The position numbers and the translations under genes were made by a program. A stretch of DNA of 36,663 nt from a virus (Duplodnaviria; Caudoviricetes), in the IMG/VR virus record IMGVR_UViG_3300020045_001541, positions 1 through 36,663 of that record. One strand, written 5' to 3'. The notes below the pieces were generated by a model, which worked only from the letters and a program-made list of their open reading frames with translations, had not been told where the DNA came from and searched no databases. The stretch's first letter is position 1, and the number at the start of each line of letters is the position of its first letter. Shown one piece after another: positions 8,603 to 18,740 of this stretch.

Positions 8603-9138
8603 AAAAACACATACACATACCAGTTTTCGGACCGCAAGAATTGTTTAATGGAGTTCCTGATTATGTTGAATTTATCAGATTCAATGATTACTCGAGAGAT
8701 TATTTATGGGGTGATTCAAACTCAATAAATCATTTAGGATTTAGAGATTTAAAAGCAATACCAATCGTCGCCATGCGCCGAATCGAAGAAATAGAAAATC
8801 AACCCACAGTAAATCCAGAGCCTAAAAGCTGGACAGTGGAAGACCAGAAGGCCGGGCGATTGCCGGAGGTTGGGGTTGAATTTCAAACTAGCACAGGGAA
8901 AAGAAAGTGCGTTATCACAGAAGGTAAATTCATTTTTACAGTGAACGACGATGTTGTAGAAGTTTACACAATAGAAAGCGCTATGCCAGTAGAAACACCA
9001 GAAGACAAATTTGTTAGATCATTTGTTGAGATAAACAAACAAACAGTTAAGGCTGAAATTTCTGAAAGCACAGTAAGGGAATTATATAGAGCAATTAGAG
9101 ACGGAAAGCTAAGCGTTACCCCGATAGTTTATAGATAA
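8599..9138 (+). CDS. Hypothetical protein (moron)
   Basis: AGGAG RBS, 179 aa. Confidence 0.75.
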   Translation: MKKHIHIPVFGPQELFNGVPDYVEFIRFNDYSRDYLWGDSNSINHLGFRDLKAIPIVAMRRIEEIENQPTVNPEPKSWTVEDQKAGRLPEVGVEFQTSTGKRKCVITEGKFIFTVNDDVVEVYTIESAMPVETPEDKFVRSFVEINKQTVKAEISESTVRELYRAIRDGKLSVTPIVYR

Positions 9139-9151
9139 TCGCATGCGTACC

Positions 9152-9176
9152 AACCCGCTTAGGCGGGTTTTCTTTT
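9152..9176 (+). terminator. Rho-independent terminator closing the moron
   Basis: aacccgc-ttag-gcgggtt followed by ttctttt. Confidence 0.9.
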
Positions 9177-9230
9177 ATCTACTATCCGCAAGTGGTATCA
9201 TATACGCATCATTATGTGTAGGTGATAATC

Positions 9231-9557
9231 ATGGGTTACAGCTCACTATCTCGTTTTAAATCTCATCTCAGGTTAGAGCAAGATCCTGATACTGTCTATG
9301 ATGAAGAATTACAAGGCTATCTCGATGCAGCAGAAGATTATGTGGCTCAATTTCTGAATCGTACCGTGCCTTGGTATGACGATACCACATCACCAGCAAC
9401 TCAAATTCCTGTGCCTGCGGCTGTGCAGATTGCAACCTATATGCTTGCCGCTGATTATCACGAAAACCGTGAAGCGCAAATCATCGGCGTATCAGTTACT
9501 GAAAATCAAGCTGTAATGAATATGCTTTGGCCTTATCGAGTGGGAATCGGTATATGA
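9231..9557 (+). CDS. Head-tail connector (HK97 gp6-like)
   Basis: KSHLRL, YLDAAEDY and YHENREA motifs. Confidence 0.93.
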   Translation: MGYSSLSRFKSHLRLEQDPDTVYDEELQGYLDAAEDYVAQFLNRTVPWYDDTTSPATQIPVPAAVQIATYMLAADYHENREAQIIGVSVTENQAVMNMLWPYRVGIGI

Positions 9558-9880
9558 GATCGGGCCCGCTACGCCATAGGGTTACTTTTCAGAATCGGGT
9601 AACCACGAAAGATGCTTTCGGTCAACTTACTGAATCATGGTCTGACTTGTTCATTGTTTGGGCCAGTGTTGAGCCTATTTCTGGTCGTGAATTACTGGCA
9701 GCACAACAAACACTTGGCGAGATAACTCACAGGATACGCACAAGATACCGCGATGGAATCACGGCGGCTACACGTGTATTGTTTAATGGCCGTATTTTTG
9801 ATATTGAATCATCGATAAACGATAAAGAAAAAAACGCATATCTTGAAATCATGGCTAAGGAAGGCGCCACAAATGGCTAG
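9554..9880 (+). CDS. Head closure protein (SPP1 gp16 / HK97 gp7-like)
   Basis: G-LRHRVTFQ, WASVEPISGRE and IRTRYR. Confidence 0.93.
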   Translation: MRSGPLRHRVTFQNRVTTKDAFGQLTESWSDLFIVWASVEPISGRELLAAQQTLGEITHRIRTRYRDGITAATRVLFNGRIFDIESSINDKEKNAYLEIMAKEGATNG

Positions 9881-10358
9881 TGAAATCAAGGTTAACGGTC
9901 TTGCTGAACTACAGCGGACACTAAAAGACCTACCGGCTAGGCTTGGCAATAAAGTTGTCATGCAAGCATTGCGCAAGGCTGCTAACGTCATAAAGAAAGA
10001 CGCACAGCAGCGTGTAAAGGTTTTAGCGACACCGACAAAATATCGTAATTCTGGCACCGTGAAAAAAGCTATCAAGGTGCGCAAGTCAAAGCAGCACAAA
10101 TACGGGGTGTTTGTTGGTGTTAAGCCGCTTAATGTCAAGAAAATTATGGCGTTTGCTGGAAATTCAGCCAATAACCCAAACGATCCTTTTTACTGGTGGC
10201 AATTAGAGTTCGGCAACGTCAACATGCCTGCATTCCCATTTTTGCGGCCAGCGTTCGATTCTAATGTACAGAAATCAATCACTGAATTTGAAACTTACGC
10301 AAAGGAACGCGTAGTTGTTGAAGCTGAAAAGCTGGCTAGAGAGCGGGGGTCTAGATGA
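9873..10358 (+). CDS. HK97 gp10-like tail completion/neck protein
   Basis: V-GL-EL, FYWWQLEFG, PFLRPAFD. Confidence 0.92.
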   Translation: MASEIKVNGLAELQRTLKDLPARLGNKVVMQALRKAANVIKKDAQQRVKVLATPTKYRNSGTVKKAIKVRKSKQHKYGVFVGVKPLNVKKIMAFAGNSANNPNDPFYWWQLEFGNVNMPAFPFLRPAFDSNVQKSITEFETYAKERVVVEAEKLARERGSR

Positions 10359-10720
10359 TTGAGATTGATATCAGATCAGCGCTGCTTGCTGATACTGGAT
10401 TAACATCCATAGTAGGCGATCGCATTGCTGCAATGATTATGAATGCAGGTGAATTGCGACCATATATTACCTATCAGCTGATTGGCGGGAATCGGTTCCC
10501 AACGCTTAATGGCGCATCAAATACTAGATCGGCTAGATTTCAGATCAATTGTTTTTCTACAAATTACGGTCAGGCAAAGCAGATCGCCGAACTCGTTCAA
10601 GAGTCCATTGAAAACTCATCGTTATTTGATTCTGTATTTAACGGAGACCAAGACTTGTATGAGTCAACTACAAAACTTTACTATGTTGTGATAGACTATT
10701 CCCTGCACAAACAAGACTAA
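10355..10720 (+). CDS. Tail terminator (DUF3168-like)
   Basis: PYITYQ, RFQINCF; position before the tail tube gene. Confidence 0.85.
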   Translation: MIEIDIRSALLADTGLTSIVGDRIAAMIMNAGELRPYITYQLIGGNRFPTLNGASNTRSARFQINCFSTNYGQAKQIAELVQESIENSSLFDSVFNGDQDLYESTTKLYYVVIDYSLHKQD

Positions 10721-10733
10721 TGGAGTCACTAAA

Positions 10734-11387
10734 ATGGCTAGAAAATCGCGCGCCGTGTCATCTCAGGGCACTAAGTTTTACATGTCACAGGTTGGCGCGA
10801 CTAGCGTTGATGTGGCAATTACAGGCATTAGCAAATCAAATCCGGCGGTCGTAACGGCAACGTCTCACGGCTTGGAAACTGGTGACATTGTTGATATTTC
10901 AGGTGTTCTTGGCATGACTGAAATTAACGGTCAAGGCGGTCTAGTTAAGAAATTAACTACCAGCACATTTGAAATTGTCGGTCTGGATTCGTCTGATTAT
11001 GCGGCGTGGACATCTGGCGGTGTTGCCACTCCCGCCGTGATGATTGAAACAGATCAGCACAAGTCATATTCAGGCTTTGATGGCGCATCATCTGAGATCG
11101 ATATTACAACCCTAACTTCTACTGCCAAAGAGAAGGATATGGGCTTACAGGATGCTGGTTCAATGTCAGCTGAACTGCATTATGTTGAATCAGATCCATT
11201 CCAAATCGAAGCAAAACTGGCCCGCAAAGATGCAGAATATCGCTGGTTTAAATTAACCAAGCGCAATGGTTATCATAAAGTATGGCTCGGTCAGGTACTG
11301 TCATTCGGCGACTCTGGCGCGGTTGATGGTACAAACGGTGGCACGTTATCAGTATCGATCTCCGGCGAAGTAGCAGAGGCTATCTAA
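10734..11387 (+). CDS. Major tail tube protein with an inserted small beta domain
   Basis: SQGT start, ITGISKSNPAVVT-HGL-GD, IDITTL-S-AKE-GL-D-G. Confidence 0.9.
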   Translation: MARKSRAVSSQGTKFYMSQVGATSVDVAITGISKSNPAVVTATSHGLETGDIVDISGVLGMTEINGQGGLVKKLTTSTFEIVGLDSSDYAAWTSGGVATPAVMIETDQHKSYSGFDGASSEIDITTLTSTAKEKDMGLQDAGSMSAELHYVESDPFQIEAKLARKDAEYRWFKLTKRNGYHKVWLGQVLSFGDSGAVDGTNGGTLSVSISGEVAEAI

Positions 11388-11774
11388 ATGTCAACAATCA
11401 CACGCGATCAATTTATTTCAGCAGGTAATTATAAATCATTTGATGTTGATGGTTTTGGTTCTGTTCGAATCAAAGCTCTACCTGTGAAAGAGCGCTTTGT
11501 CATTATTGGCAAGCACATGGATATAGGAAAATCAGATGCCGGCTCAGTTGATAAGGTGCTAATGACTACCGATGCGCAAATCTACATGATCGCAAAATCA
11601 CTTGTTGATGGTGATGGCAATTACTTGTTTGATGCAAATAACCAAGGCGATCTTGATCTGATTGCAGCTAAGGATGAAGAGTTTCTTGGCAGATTGGTTG
11701 ATGAGATCACTGTGTTCAATCGCTTTGCAACCAACAAAGGCGAGGACAGCACAGAGGATGCAGCAAAAAACTAA
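11388..11774 (+). CDS. Tail assembly chaperone (gpG-like)
   Basis: Lies between tube and tape measure genes; ends GCA AAA AAC TAA. Confidence 0.88.
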   Translation: MSTITRDQFISAGNYKSFDVDGFGSVRIKALPVKERFVIIGKHMDIGKSDAGSVDKVLMTTDAQIYMIAKSLVDGDGNYLFDANNQGDLDLIAAKDEEFLGRLVDEITVFNRFATNKGEDSTEDAAKN

Positions 11775-11983
11775 GGCGGCGAGCTGAAAGGTTTTTTCTT
11801 TTCAAACTCGCCAGAGATCTAGGAAAGTCAGCTGCAGAAGTTGAGCAAAATATAACGTCATCCGAGTTTGTGGAATGGATGGCGTTTTATCAAATTGAAT
11901 ACGAATACAAAACAGATACAGCTCCACCTATCGAATACGACGATCCAAGAGAACAAGACGCAGCAATAGACGCGCTATTTTAA
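11765..11983 (+). CDS. Tail chaperone -1 frameshift extension (gpT-like) from A_AAA_AAC
   Basis: The -1 frame reads KLRRRAERFFLFKLARDLGKS...SSEFVEWMAFY...DALF* and fills the gap before the tape measure gene. Confidence 0.9.
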   Translation, partial: KKLRRRAERFFLFKLARDLGKSAAEVEQNITSSEFVEWMAFYQIEYEYKTDTAPPIEYDDPREQDAAIDALF

Positions 11984-11994
11984 AGGACAAGGCC

Positions 11995-14283
11995 ATGTCA
12001 CTGGGTACACTAACAATCGATCTGGCTGCTAACGTAGCGCGACTAACTAGCGATCTTGGCAGGGCTAATAGAATAGCAGAGCAATCAGCATCGCAAATGC
12101 AAAAGCGATTCGATCAGCTAAAAGCAGGAATCGGCGCTCTATTTGCAGGGTTATCTGTTGGTGCTTTTTCTTCATGGATTAAGCAGTCAATTGACGCAGC
12201 CGACGAGATAAACGATCTATCTGTAAAGCTTGGGATTAGCGCGCAATCATTGCAGGCATGGGGCTATGCTGCGCAAATGTCAGGCGGAAGTATGGAGGTT
12301 GTATCTAGCGCGCTAAAAAAACTAAATTTAGATATATCAGATGCCGCCAATGGATCGGTATCAGCATCGGAGAAATTCAGTTCGATAGGGGTTTCAATAA
12401 CAGATGCTAATGGCAAATTAAAATCAGCAGACCAAGTTCTGCTTGAAATTTCGGATAGATTTTCCGCTACCGCTGATGACGCAAATAAAACCGCTGTTGC
12501 TGTTGATATTTTCGGAAAATCAGGCGCCGATATGATCCCAACTCTTAATGCTGGTAGCGATGCGCTATTGGAGTTAATGAATCAAGCAAGGCAGTTTGGC
12601 CTTGTAATGAGCAATGAAGCAATACAGAATGCGGCAAGCTTCAACGACTCGCTTGATATGCTATCAGAAGTAAGCAGGGGATATTCTAATCAGCTTGCAA
12701 CAGCATTACTGCCAGCGCTAAACACCCTTGCTGGATATTTAATTGACGCGTCAACAAGTTCCGATACTGCAACTGATTCTATGGGTAAACTTGATGCGGT
12801 ATTGCGCGGCTTAATTATATCCGGTGTGTCTGTCGGGTTGGCCTTTAGGCGTGTCGGAAATGCAATAGGCGCAACTGCCGCCGCAGCTGTAATGGCGGCT
12901 CAGGGTGAATTCTCAAAAGCTGCAGATATCGCGACAATGTCCCAAGAAGATAGCGCGAAAGATATTGAAGATACACTAAAAAGAATATCTTCAACTTGGG
13001 ATGGTACATATCAAAAGATGGGCGAAAAGGCTGCCGAAGTAAGCGGAAAGATTAAGCCATCAATAAAGAGTATATCAGGCGCACAGGGCGAACTTACTGA
13101 GCTAACCAAAAAGCACGCTGCGGAGATTGCTGGTGTTACTGACAAGCAATATTCGTACAATCAAAAAATATCAGAGCTAAAAACACTGCTTGGATCAGGG
13201 AAGATATCGCAAGAGAATTACGCTAAGGCAGTAAGCGCTGCCGGTGCAGAATTAAATAAAACATCAAAAAATGCTGACTCTGCCGCATCAACAGCTAAAC
13301 GCCATGCAGAAGCCATCGCCAGCGAAATACAGCAGCTCGAATACAAAGCAGCTATCCTAGGCATGACTGATACACAAACTGAGCTTTATAAGTTATCAAC
13401 CGATGGCGCTACTCAGTCACAAATAAAACACGCAAAAACATTACTTGATCAGGTTGAGGCTTTCGAGAAAGACAAAAAAGCAAAAGAAGACTCGACAAAA
13501 TACCAAGAAGATCTGAATGATAAAATGCGACAATATGATGAGTTAATCACTGGCGCAAAATCTGGAACTACAGAATTCGGCGACACGCTACACGATCTAA
13601 ATGAGCTGCTAAAAGCAAATAAGATCAGTCAAGATGAATACAACGCAGCGGTAGGGCGACTGAATAAGAAGTATGAAGATGCAGGCAAGGCCGCTATAGA
13701 CTGGAGCAAAATCCAAGAGGGCGCGCTGGATGCTGGCCGCGATTCACTAGCGGACTTCCTGTACGATCCATTTGAAGGCGGCATAGAAGGAATGGTTGAT
13801 AACTTCACCATTGCTTTGAGAAAAATGGCTGCGCAGGCTGCTGCTGCTGGCATAATGGAAGAGGTTTTCAGCAAGGATAACATGGCATCAATAACGTCAT
13901 GGTTTAGCTCTATGATGGGTGCCGCAAGTAGCTCTGGCGGCTCCTCATCATCGTCAACTGGTTCCGGCATGGCTAGCATGATTGGCGCGATAGGTTCGAT
14001 GTTTAGCTTTGACGGTGGCGGCTTTACTGGATCCGGCGCTAGATCTGGTGGCTTGGACGGTAAGGGCGGATTCGTTGCCATGATTCATCCAAACGAAGAA
14101 ATCATTGATTACACAAAACCGGTGTATAATTCAGCAAAGGAAAGCTCATCTCGCGCGTCTGGACGAACCACTATCAACCAAGTTATAAATACTCAGGGTA
14201 GAATAGATAATCGCACCAGCAATCAGATAGCGACTGATACCGCAAGAAAACAGCGGCTGGCTCGCTCACGGTTAGGGGGTTAA
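11995..14283 (+). CDS. Tail tape measure protein
   Basis: SLGTLTIDL start, 762 aa, Ala-rich helical, C-terminal FDGGGFTG. Confidence 0.95.
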   Translation: MSLGTLTIDLAANVARLTSDLGRANRIAEQSASQMQKRFDQLKAGIGALFAGLSVGAFSSWIKQSIDAADEINDLSVKLGISAQSLQAWGYAAQMSGGSMEVVSSALKKLNLDISDAANGSVSASEKFSSIGVSITDANGKLKSADQVLLEISDRFSATADDANKTAVAVDIFGKSGADMIPTLNAGSDALLELMNQARQFGLVMSNEAIQNAASFNDSLDMLSEVSRGYSNQLATALLPALNTLAGYLIDASTSSDTATDSMGKLDAVLRGLIISGVSVGLAFRRVGNAIGATAAAAVMAAQGEFSKAADIATMSQEDSAKDIEDTLKRISSTWDGTYQKMGEKAAEVSGKIKPSIKSISGAQGELTELTKKHAAEIAGVTDKQYSYNQKISELKTLLGSGKISQENYAKAVSAAGAELNKTSKNADSAASTAKRHAEAIASEIQQLEYKAAILGMTDTQTELYKLSTDGATQSQIKHAKTLLDQVEAFEKDKKAKEDSTKYQEDLNDKMRQYDELITGAKSGTTEFGDTLHDLNELLKANKISQDEYNAAVGRLNKKYEDAGKAAIDWSKIQEGALDAGRDSLADFLYDPFEGGIEGMVDNFTIALRKMAAQAAAAGIMEEVFSKDNMASITSWFSSMMGAASSSGGSSSSSTGSGMASMIGAIGSMFSFDGGGFTGSGARSGGLDGKGGFVAMIHPNEEIIDYTKPVYNSAKESSSRASGRTTINQVINTQGRIDNRTSNQIATDTARKQRLARSRLGG

Positions 14284-14883
14284 ATGTTCAACGAATCACG
14301 ACTTCTCGATTGCGTATCCTACGGGTCAGAATTCGGACACCAGTATAACACGCGCGTAAATTCGCTTAGATCTGGGCATGAGCGCCGGAATGCCAACTGG
14401 TCAGCCCCGCTTGGTAAGTATGCTGTGCTTTACGATAATTTACACGCAGATGATCATGAGCTGGTGGTTAACGCTCATCACGCCTGCATGGGGCAGCTTA
14501 TCGGGTTTAGATTCAAGGATTGGTCAGACTACAAAGCGGATCGCGAAGTTTTAGGCGTTGGAACTGGTGCCAATCAATCCATTCAATTAGTGAAAACATA
14601 TCCATTCGGCAGTATTGATTTATCACGAAACATAACAAAGCCGATTGTTAACACGCTTCACTTTTACGCTGGCGATATCGAGATCTGGCCTATATCATCC
14701 AATTACACGACAGGAATTTTCACGCTAAACGCTACCGCTGGCGCTGTGATAACATGGTCTGGGCAGTTCGATGTGCCAGTTAGATTCACATCAGATGAAA
14801 TATCATTCTCTGTTGTCGATAAAAACAAACGCCGCGGATTCTTTCTAACTGCTGACGTAGAATTACAGGAGATCCGGCTGTGA
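14284..14883 (+). CDS. Distal tail protein (DUF2460, GTA-type)
   Basis: SGHERRNANW, GFRFKDWSDY, FDVPVRF. Confidence 0.9.
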   Translation: MFNESRLLDCVSYGSEFGHQYNTRVNSLRSGHERRNANWSAPLGKYAVLYDNLHADDHELVVNAHHACMGQLIGFRFKDWSDYKADREVLGVGTGANQSIQLVKTYPFGSIDLSRNITKPIVNTLHFYAGDIEIWPISSNYTTGIFTLNATAGAVITWSGQFDVPVRFTSDEISFSVVDKNKRRGFFLTADVELQEIRL

Positions 14884-15788
14884 GAAATGTATCAACAGCA
14901 CTGCAAACTCACTTAGAGCAAGACACGACAACCACTTGTCGCCTGTTAAAAATAACCCTCTCGACCGGCGTTAGCTATGGCCTAACAACTCTTGATCGTG
15001 ATGTGATTTATGAAGGTGTAACATACTCGGCTGATAATGGATTCGATCCGTCAAACCTATCCAGTAATACGGGCTATGACGTAGATAATGCCGAGGGTTA
15101 CGCGCTGATATCTGCCGACATACCAGGCATTACATTAAACATGGCGAAGGCTGGCGCACTGGACGATGCAAGATGGATGATGATGCTAGTTAATTGGGCT
15201 GATTTATCAATGGGTCACATCATCATTGATGCTGGCGACATCGGAGAAATTACAGTTACTGATAACGCAGTGTTTGCCCCTGAATTGCTAAGTTATACGA
15301 TGCGGCTCCGTCAGGCTATCGGCCATGTCGATCAGCGCAAGTGTCGCGCTGTATTCGGCACATCACCAAATCAGCAAACTGGCTGCGGCGTTAATTCAGA
15401 TGTTATGTGGGTTGCCGGTTCTGTTACTGCGATAAACACAGAGCAAAATCGCGTGTTTGCCTGCAGCTCATTAATTGGGTCGGTAATTTATTATCCCGGT
15501 CGCATCCGCTGGACATCCGGGGATAATCAATCAAGCCGACTTTATCAGGTCGAGTATTTCGACGCCACAACTGGTACAATTGGGATGTTTGAGCCTGTGC
15601 CGTTTGATATCGACATCGGCGATCAATTTACAATCAGGCCAGATTGTGATAAGACGGTGGCCAATTGCAAGTTTTACAACAACTTTTTGAATTACAAGGG
15701 TGAGCCGCACATACCGGTCGGGGATGGCGTAGAGGCTACAACTCCGCAGGCTCAGACTGGAACTACTATGTATGCTGGGTCATCATAA
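14880..15788 (+). CDS. Tail hub protein (DUF2163/BR0599) with four Cys (possible Fe-S ligands)
   Basis: C-R-FG...C and CDKT-C...FNN-NY-G-P-like motifs. Confidence 0.88.
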   Translation: MRNVSTALQTHLEQDTTTTCRLLKITLSTGVSYGLTTLDRDVIYEGVTYSADNGFDPSNLSSNTGYDVDNAEGYALISADIPGITLNMAKAGALDDARWMMMLVNWADLSMGHIIIDAGDIGEITVTDNAVFAPELLSYTMRLRQAIGHVDQRKCRAVFGTSPNQQTGCGVNSDVMWVAGSVTAINTEQNRVFACSSLIGSVIYYPGRIRWTSGDNQSSRLYQVEYFDATTGTIGMFEPVPFDIDIGDQFTIRPDCDKTVANCKFYNNFLNYKGEPHIPVGDGVEATTPQAQTGTTMYAGSS

Positions 15789-15791
15789 TAA

Positions 15792-16226
15792 ATGCGAGGC
15801 GTTATGAGCGATGTCATAGACAAATACATATCTCACGCCAGATCCATGATCGGCGTAAAATGGCGCCATCGCGGGCGCAAGCCGTGGGCTGTTGATTGCC
15901 TTGGTCTAATCTCGCTGTCCCTGTCATCCGCTGGCTTTGACGTTAACGACCGCACTGATTATGGTCGCGATCCGTGGAATGAAGGGTTGCAGAAATCACT
16001 ACGCGAACATTTCGGAGATCCGGTTACAGATTGGAAGCGTGGAGACATTGCGTTGATGATGTGGCCTAACTCAAAAGGCCCGTCTCATGTTGGCTTTATC
16101 GCTGATTACGTTCACGGCGGGTTATCGCTAATCCATGCATATAGTATGCAAGCAGTTATAGAGCATCGACTGGATGATCGCTGGTCAAGCATGATAGTTG
16201 AGGTGTATCGCCCTTGGCACAGCTAG
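15792..16226 (+). CDS. NlpC/P60 tail-associated peptidase
   Basis: WRHRGR, VDCLGL, HVGFI, LIHA. Confidence 0.9.
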   Translation: MRGVMSDVIDKYISHARSMIGVKWRHRGRKPWAVDCLGLISLSLSSAGFDVNDRTDYGRDPWNEGLQKSLREHFGDPVTDWKRGDIALMMWPNSKGPSHVGFIADYVHGGLSLIHAYSMQAVIEHRLDDRWSSMIVEVYRPWHS

Positions 16227-17236
16227 TGATGGGCGCCGTCGGCGCGGTAATCGGTTTTTATGTTGGCGGGCCGACCGGTGCAATGACCGGGTTTAGCGTT
16301 GGCGCTTCAATCGGCGCGTCAATGGAAGAAGTCGTTGTTCAGGGAAATAAAATCGGCGATATTGCAAAACAAACAAGCCGAGAGGGTGTTGCCAGACCGA
16401 TAATATGGGGTCGCGTTCGCCCTATCGGTGGGAATCTTATTGCTACCAGCGCGCCGAATATAGTTAAATCACGCAAATCATCAGGCAAGGGCGGCGGCGG
16501 GACAACAACTACATCAGAAAGCGTGTACAGGACTTATGCGATCAGGATCTGTGAAGGACCGATAACTGGAGTTATTAGAGTCTGGCGCAACAATGAACTG
16601 ATTTATGATGGTCGCGGTACTGCATGGGGCGCTGAAAATAACCCTGCATTTTTGGCTGTTGCTACTTTCTACAATGGCGACTGGGACCAGATGCCAGATC
16701 CATCGCTGGAAGGTGTTTTCGGTGCTGGTAATGTGCCACCGCATCGCGGTACTGCTTACATGGTCATGAATAATGAGTTGCTGGATGATACCGGCGGAGC
16801 AGTTCCTCAATGGCTTTTTGAGGTTGAAAGGTTGGACGGGCAACTGTCAACGTCTAGGCCATATGATATCGAAGACATAAACAGCTTAAGATCTAGTGGT
16901 GTTGTCTCGTTGAGGGATTCTCCAAAAGATCTAAGCACTCATTATGCTTATAGCTCTGGTGCTATCATTAACTCAATTAACTTAACTAAAGTTATGTTTT
17001 GGGTATATCACACGCAAGACCCAGAAATTGCAGTATCAAATGGGGCTAGTGTCGCTTCGGCCCAGTTAATATATAATCCAACAGTAATCGTTCCAGCAGA
17101 TAAAACCGAGCTAATCAATTCACCCGGGGCGTCGGTTGTTAGCGTTTTATTCTATCTGGGTAGAATTGAATATAATATCAACAATGAAAACCTAACATCG
17201 TCTGGCGCAACAATAATGCAGGTGTCACTATCATGA
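16214..17236 (+). CDS. Tail tip protein, N-terminal half (GTA g15/gpJ-like) fused to an unrelated ~130-aa tail
   Basis: QTSREG-PI-WG, CEGPI-RVW, QMPDP, P-HRGTAY, VPQ-FEV; TTG start with GAGGT RBS. Confidence 0.8.
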   Translation: MAQLVMGAVGAVIGFYVGGPTGAMTGFSVGASIGASMEEVVVQGNKIGDIAKQTSREGVARPIIWGRVRPIGGNLIATSAPNIVKSRKSSGKGGGGTTTTSESVYRTYAIRICEGPITGVIRVWRNNELIYDGRGTAWGAENNPAFLAVATFYNGDWDQMPDPSLEGVFGAGNVPPHRGTAYMVMNNELLDDTGGAVPQWLFEVERLDGQLSTSRPYDIEDINSLRSSGVVSLRDSPKDLSTHYAYSSGAIINSINLTKVMFWVYHTQDPEIAVSNGASVASAQLIYNPTVIVPADKTELINSPGASVVSVLFYLGRIEYNINNENLTSSGATIMQVSLS

Positions 17237-18171
17237 TCAACTTAAAATCAAATGTCGGTGGATTTTATAAGCTTGAGATAACAAACAATAACACGAATGA
17301 AAAAAGAGTTGCTGCTGATTGGTTTAAGAATTTAATTACCGATAATGGCTTAAATCTTCTAGCTACATCTGGAAGGTATCTAGGTGTTTGTCAGGTTGGA
17401 TCTGGATCATCTACCCCATTAGTATCTGATACAGCTCTAGCATCAATAATGGCATCAAATAGCTCTGGAGTATCATTCACTTATGGCACGACAACATCAG
17501 CACCGTATTACACATGGATCAGGAATGTATATAGATTTAATGCCGGGGTAGCAACTGGAAATATATCAGAGATTGGCGTAAGCCCAGCCGGATCAACGAC
17601 AGGCAATTTGTTTAGTAGGGCACTTGTTTTGGATGGTGAAGGAAACCCAACAACCATCACGGTATTGTCAAATGAGACGCTTGATGTTACTTATGAGTTG
17701 AGATATTACGCCCCATCCACGGATATAAGCGGATCATTTATGATAGGTTCATCAAGCTATTCATGGATATCAAGAGCATCGAATGTAGATGGCAATGATT
17801 CGCTTGGTTGGGGGCTGCAGGATGATGGGGCTAGTTCATTTGGGTATGTAGTTCCAGAGACAAACACATATCCATGGTTGTCAGAGGCTGGCATAAGAGC
17901 TTATAGCGGCGCTATATCATCAATTACCGAGATACCTTCTGGATCGTCAGTTATGGGGACTATATCTGCAAATTCTTATATCTCCGGGTCTTTTTATATA
18001 AATCATGTTGTTTCATTTTCAATATCTCAAGCCAACTATGCCGGAGGAATAGGCTCCGTTAGTGGCAGAATGGGTATTGGGTCATATCAGATCGGATTTA
18101 CCCCACATATACCAAAAACCTCCGATGATGTTTTTTCTATAACAATCAGGCACTCATGGGGTAGGGCGTGA
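17233..18171 (+). CDS. Putative tail tip/fibre structural protein
   Basis: WFKNLITDNGL, VGSG, GNISEIG, LFSRAL; S/G/T-rich. Confidence 0.7.
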   Translation: MINLKSNVGGFYKLEITNNNTNEKRVAADWFKNLITDNGLNLLATSGRYLGVCQVGSGSSTPLVSDTALASIMASNSSGVSFTYGTTTSAPYYTWIRNVYRFNAGVATGNISEIGVSPAGSTTGNLFSRALVLDGEGNPTTITVLSNETLDVTYELRYYAPSTDISGSFMIGSSSYSWISRASNVDGNDSLGWGLQDDGASSFGYVVPETNTYPWLSEAGIRAYSGAISSITEIPSGSSVMGTISANSYISGSFYINHVVSFSISQANYAGGIGSVSGRMGIGSYQIGFTPHIPKTSDDVFSITIRHSWGRA

Positions 18172-18737
18172 TGCTTCCAGATAACGAGCCATCATTATCA
18201 TTAGTGCGCGGTAGTTTTATAGGCGGTCGCGCTTATCCAGTTACAAACTTTGTGGATTATGAATCTGGAGGGGTTGGCATCCAAGATCCATCAAAGGGAA
18301 TGCTTTATCAAACATGGAGGGCCAGGCTTGAAAATGACCATGTTTATATTTCATCCGAAAATACACCTGAATACTCTATTTTTTCAGGCTCTGGAATAAC
18401 AGAGATCAGCTTTTCTTTTGATCAGAATATGCGCTTTACGCTTGCGTATGTTGAAAGCGGAAACGCAAAATTGTACTGGTATGATTCTACAATATCCGGA
18501 ATGAGAGTGACAAATTTTGGTGCCTCCGTTTTAAATCCTAGAGTAACGATGGATGACAAGAGAAGCTCTCAATCATCAACTAATGACATTATCTTTGCTT
18601 ACGTCAGAGATGGGGCCATTTACTACAGACAGCAAAGAGATAGATTTCAGGTTGAGCGGTTCATTCAGGGCGGAGTCTCTAAGCTAAAAAAAATAGGCAT
18701 GAATGATAAACTGAGATTGCAGTTTTTGTGGGAGTAA
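18168..18737 (+). CDS. Putative tail-associated protein
   Basis: 189 aa, beta-rich, coupled to the upstream gene within the tail module. Confidence 0.65.
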   Translation: MMLPDNEPSLSLVRGSFIGGRAYPVTNFVDYESGGVGIQDPSKGMLYQTWRARLENDHVYISSENTPEYSIFSGSGITEISFSFDQNMRFTLAYVESGNAKLYWYDSTISGMRVTNFGASVLNPRVTMDDKRSSQSSTNDIIFAYVRDGAIYYRQQRDRFQVERFIQGGVSKLKKIGMNDKLRLQFLWE

Positions 18738-18740
18738 ATT

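Noticed and set aside
13629-14081. Antisense and out-of-frame track ORFs inside core genes (also 1469-1834, 9809-10171, 25650-26125 and others)
   Set aside because: Shadow ORFs of well-supported genes with no recognisable motif
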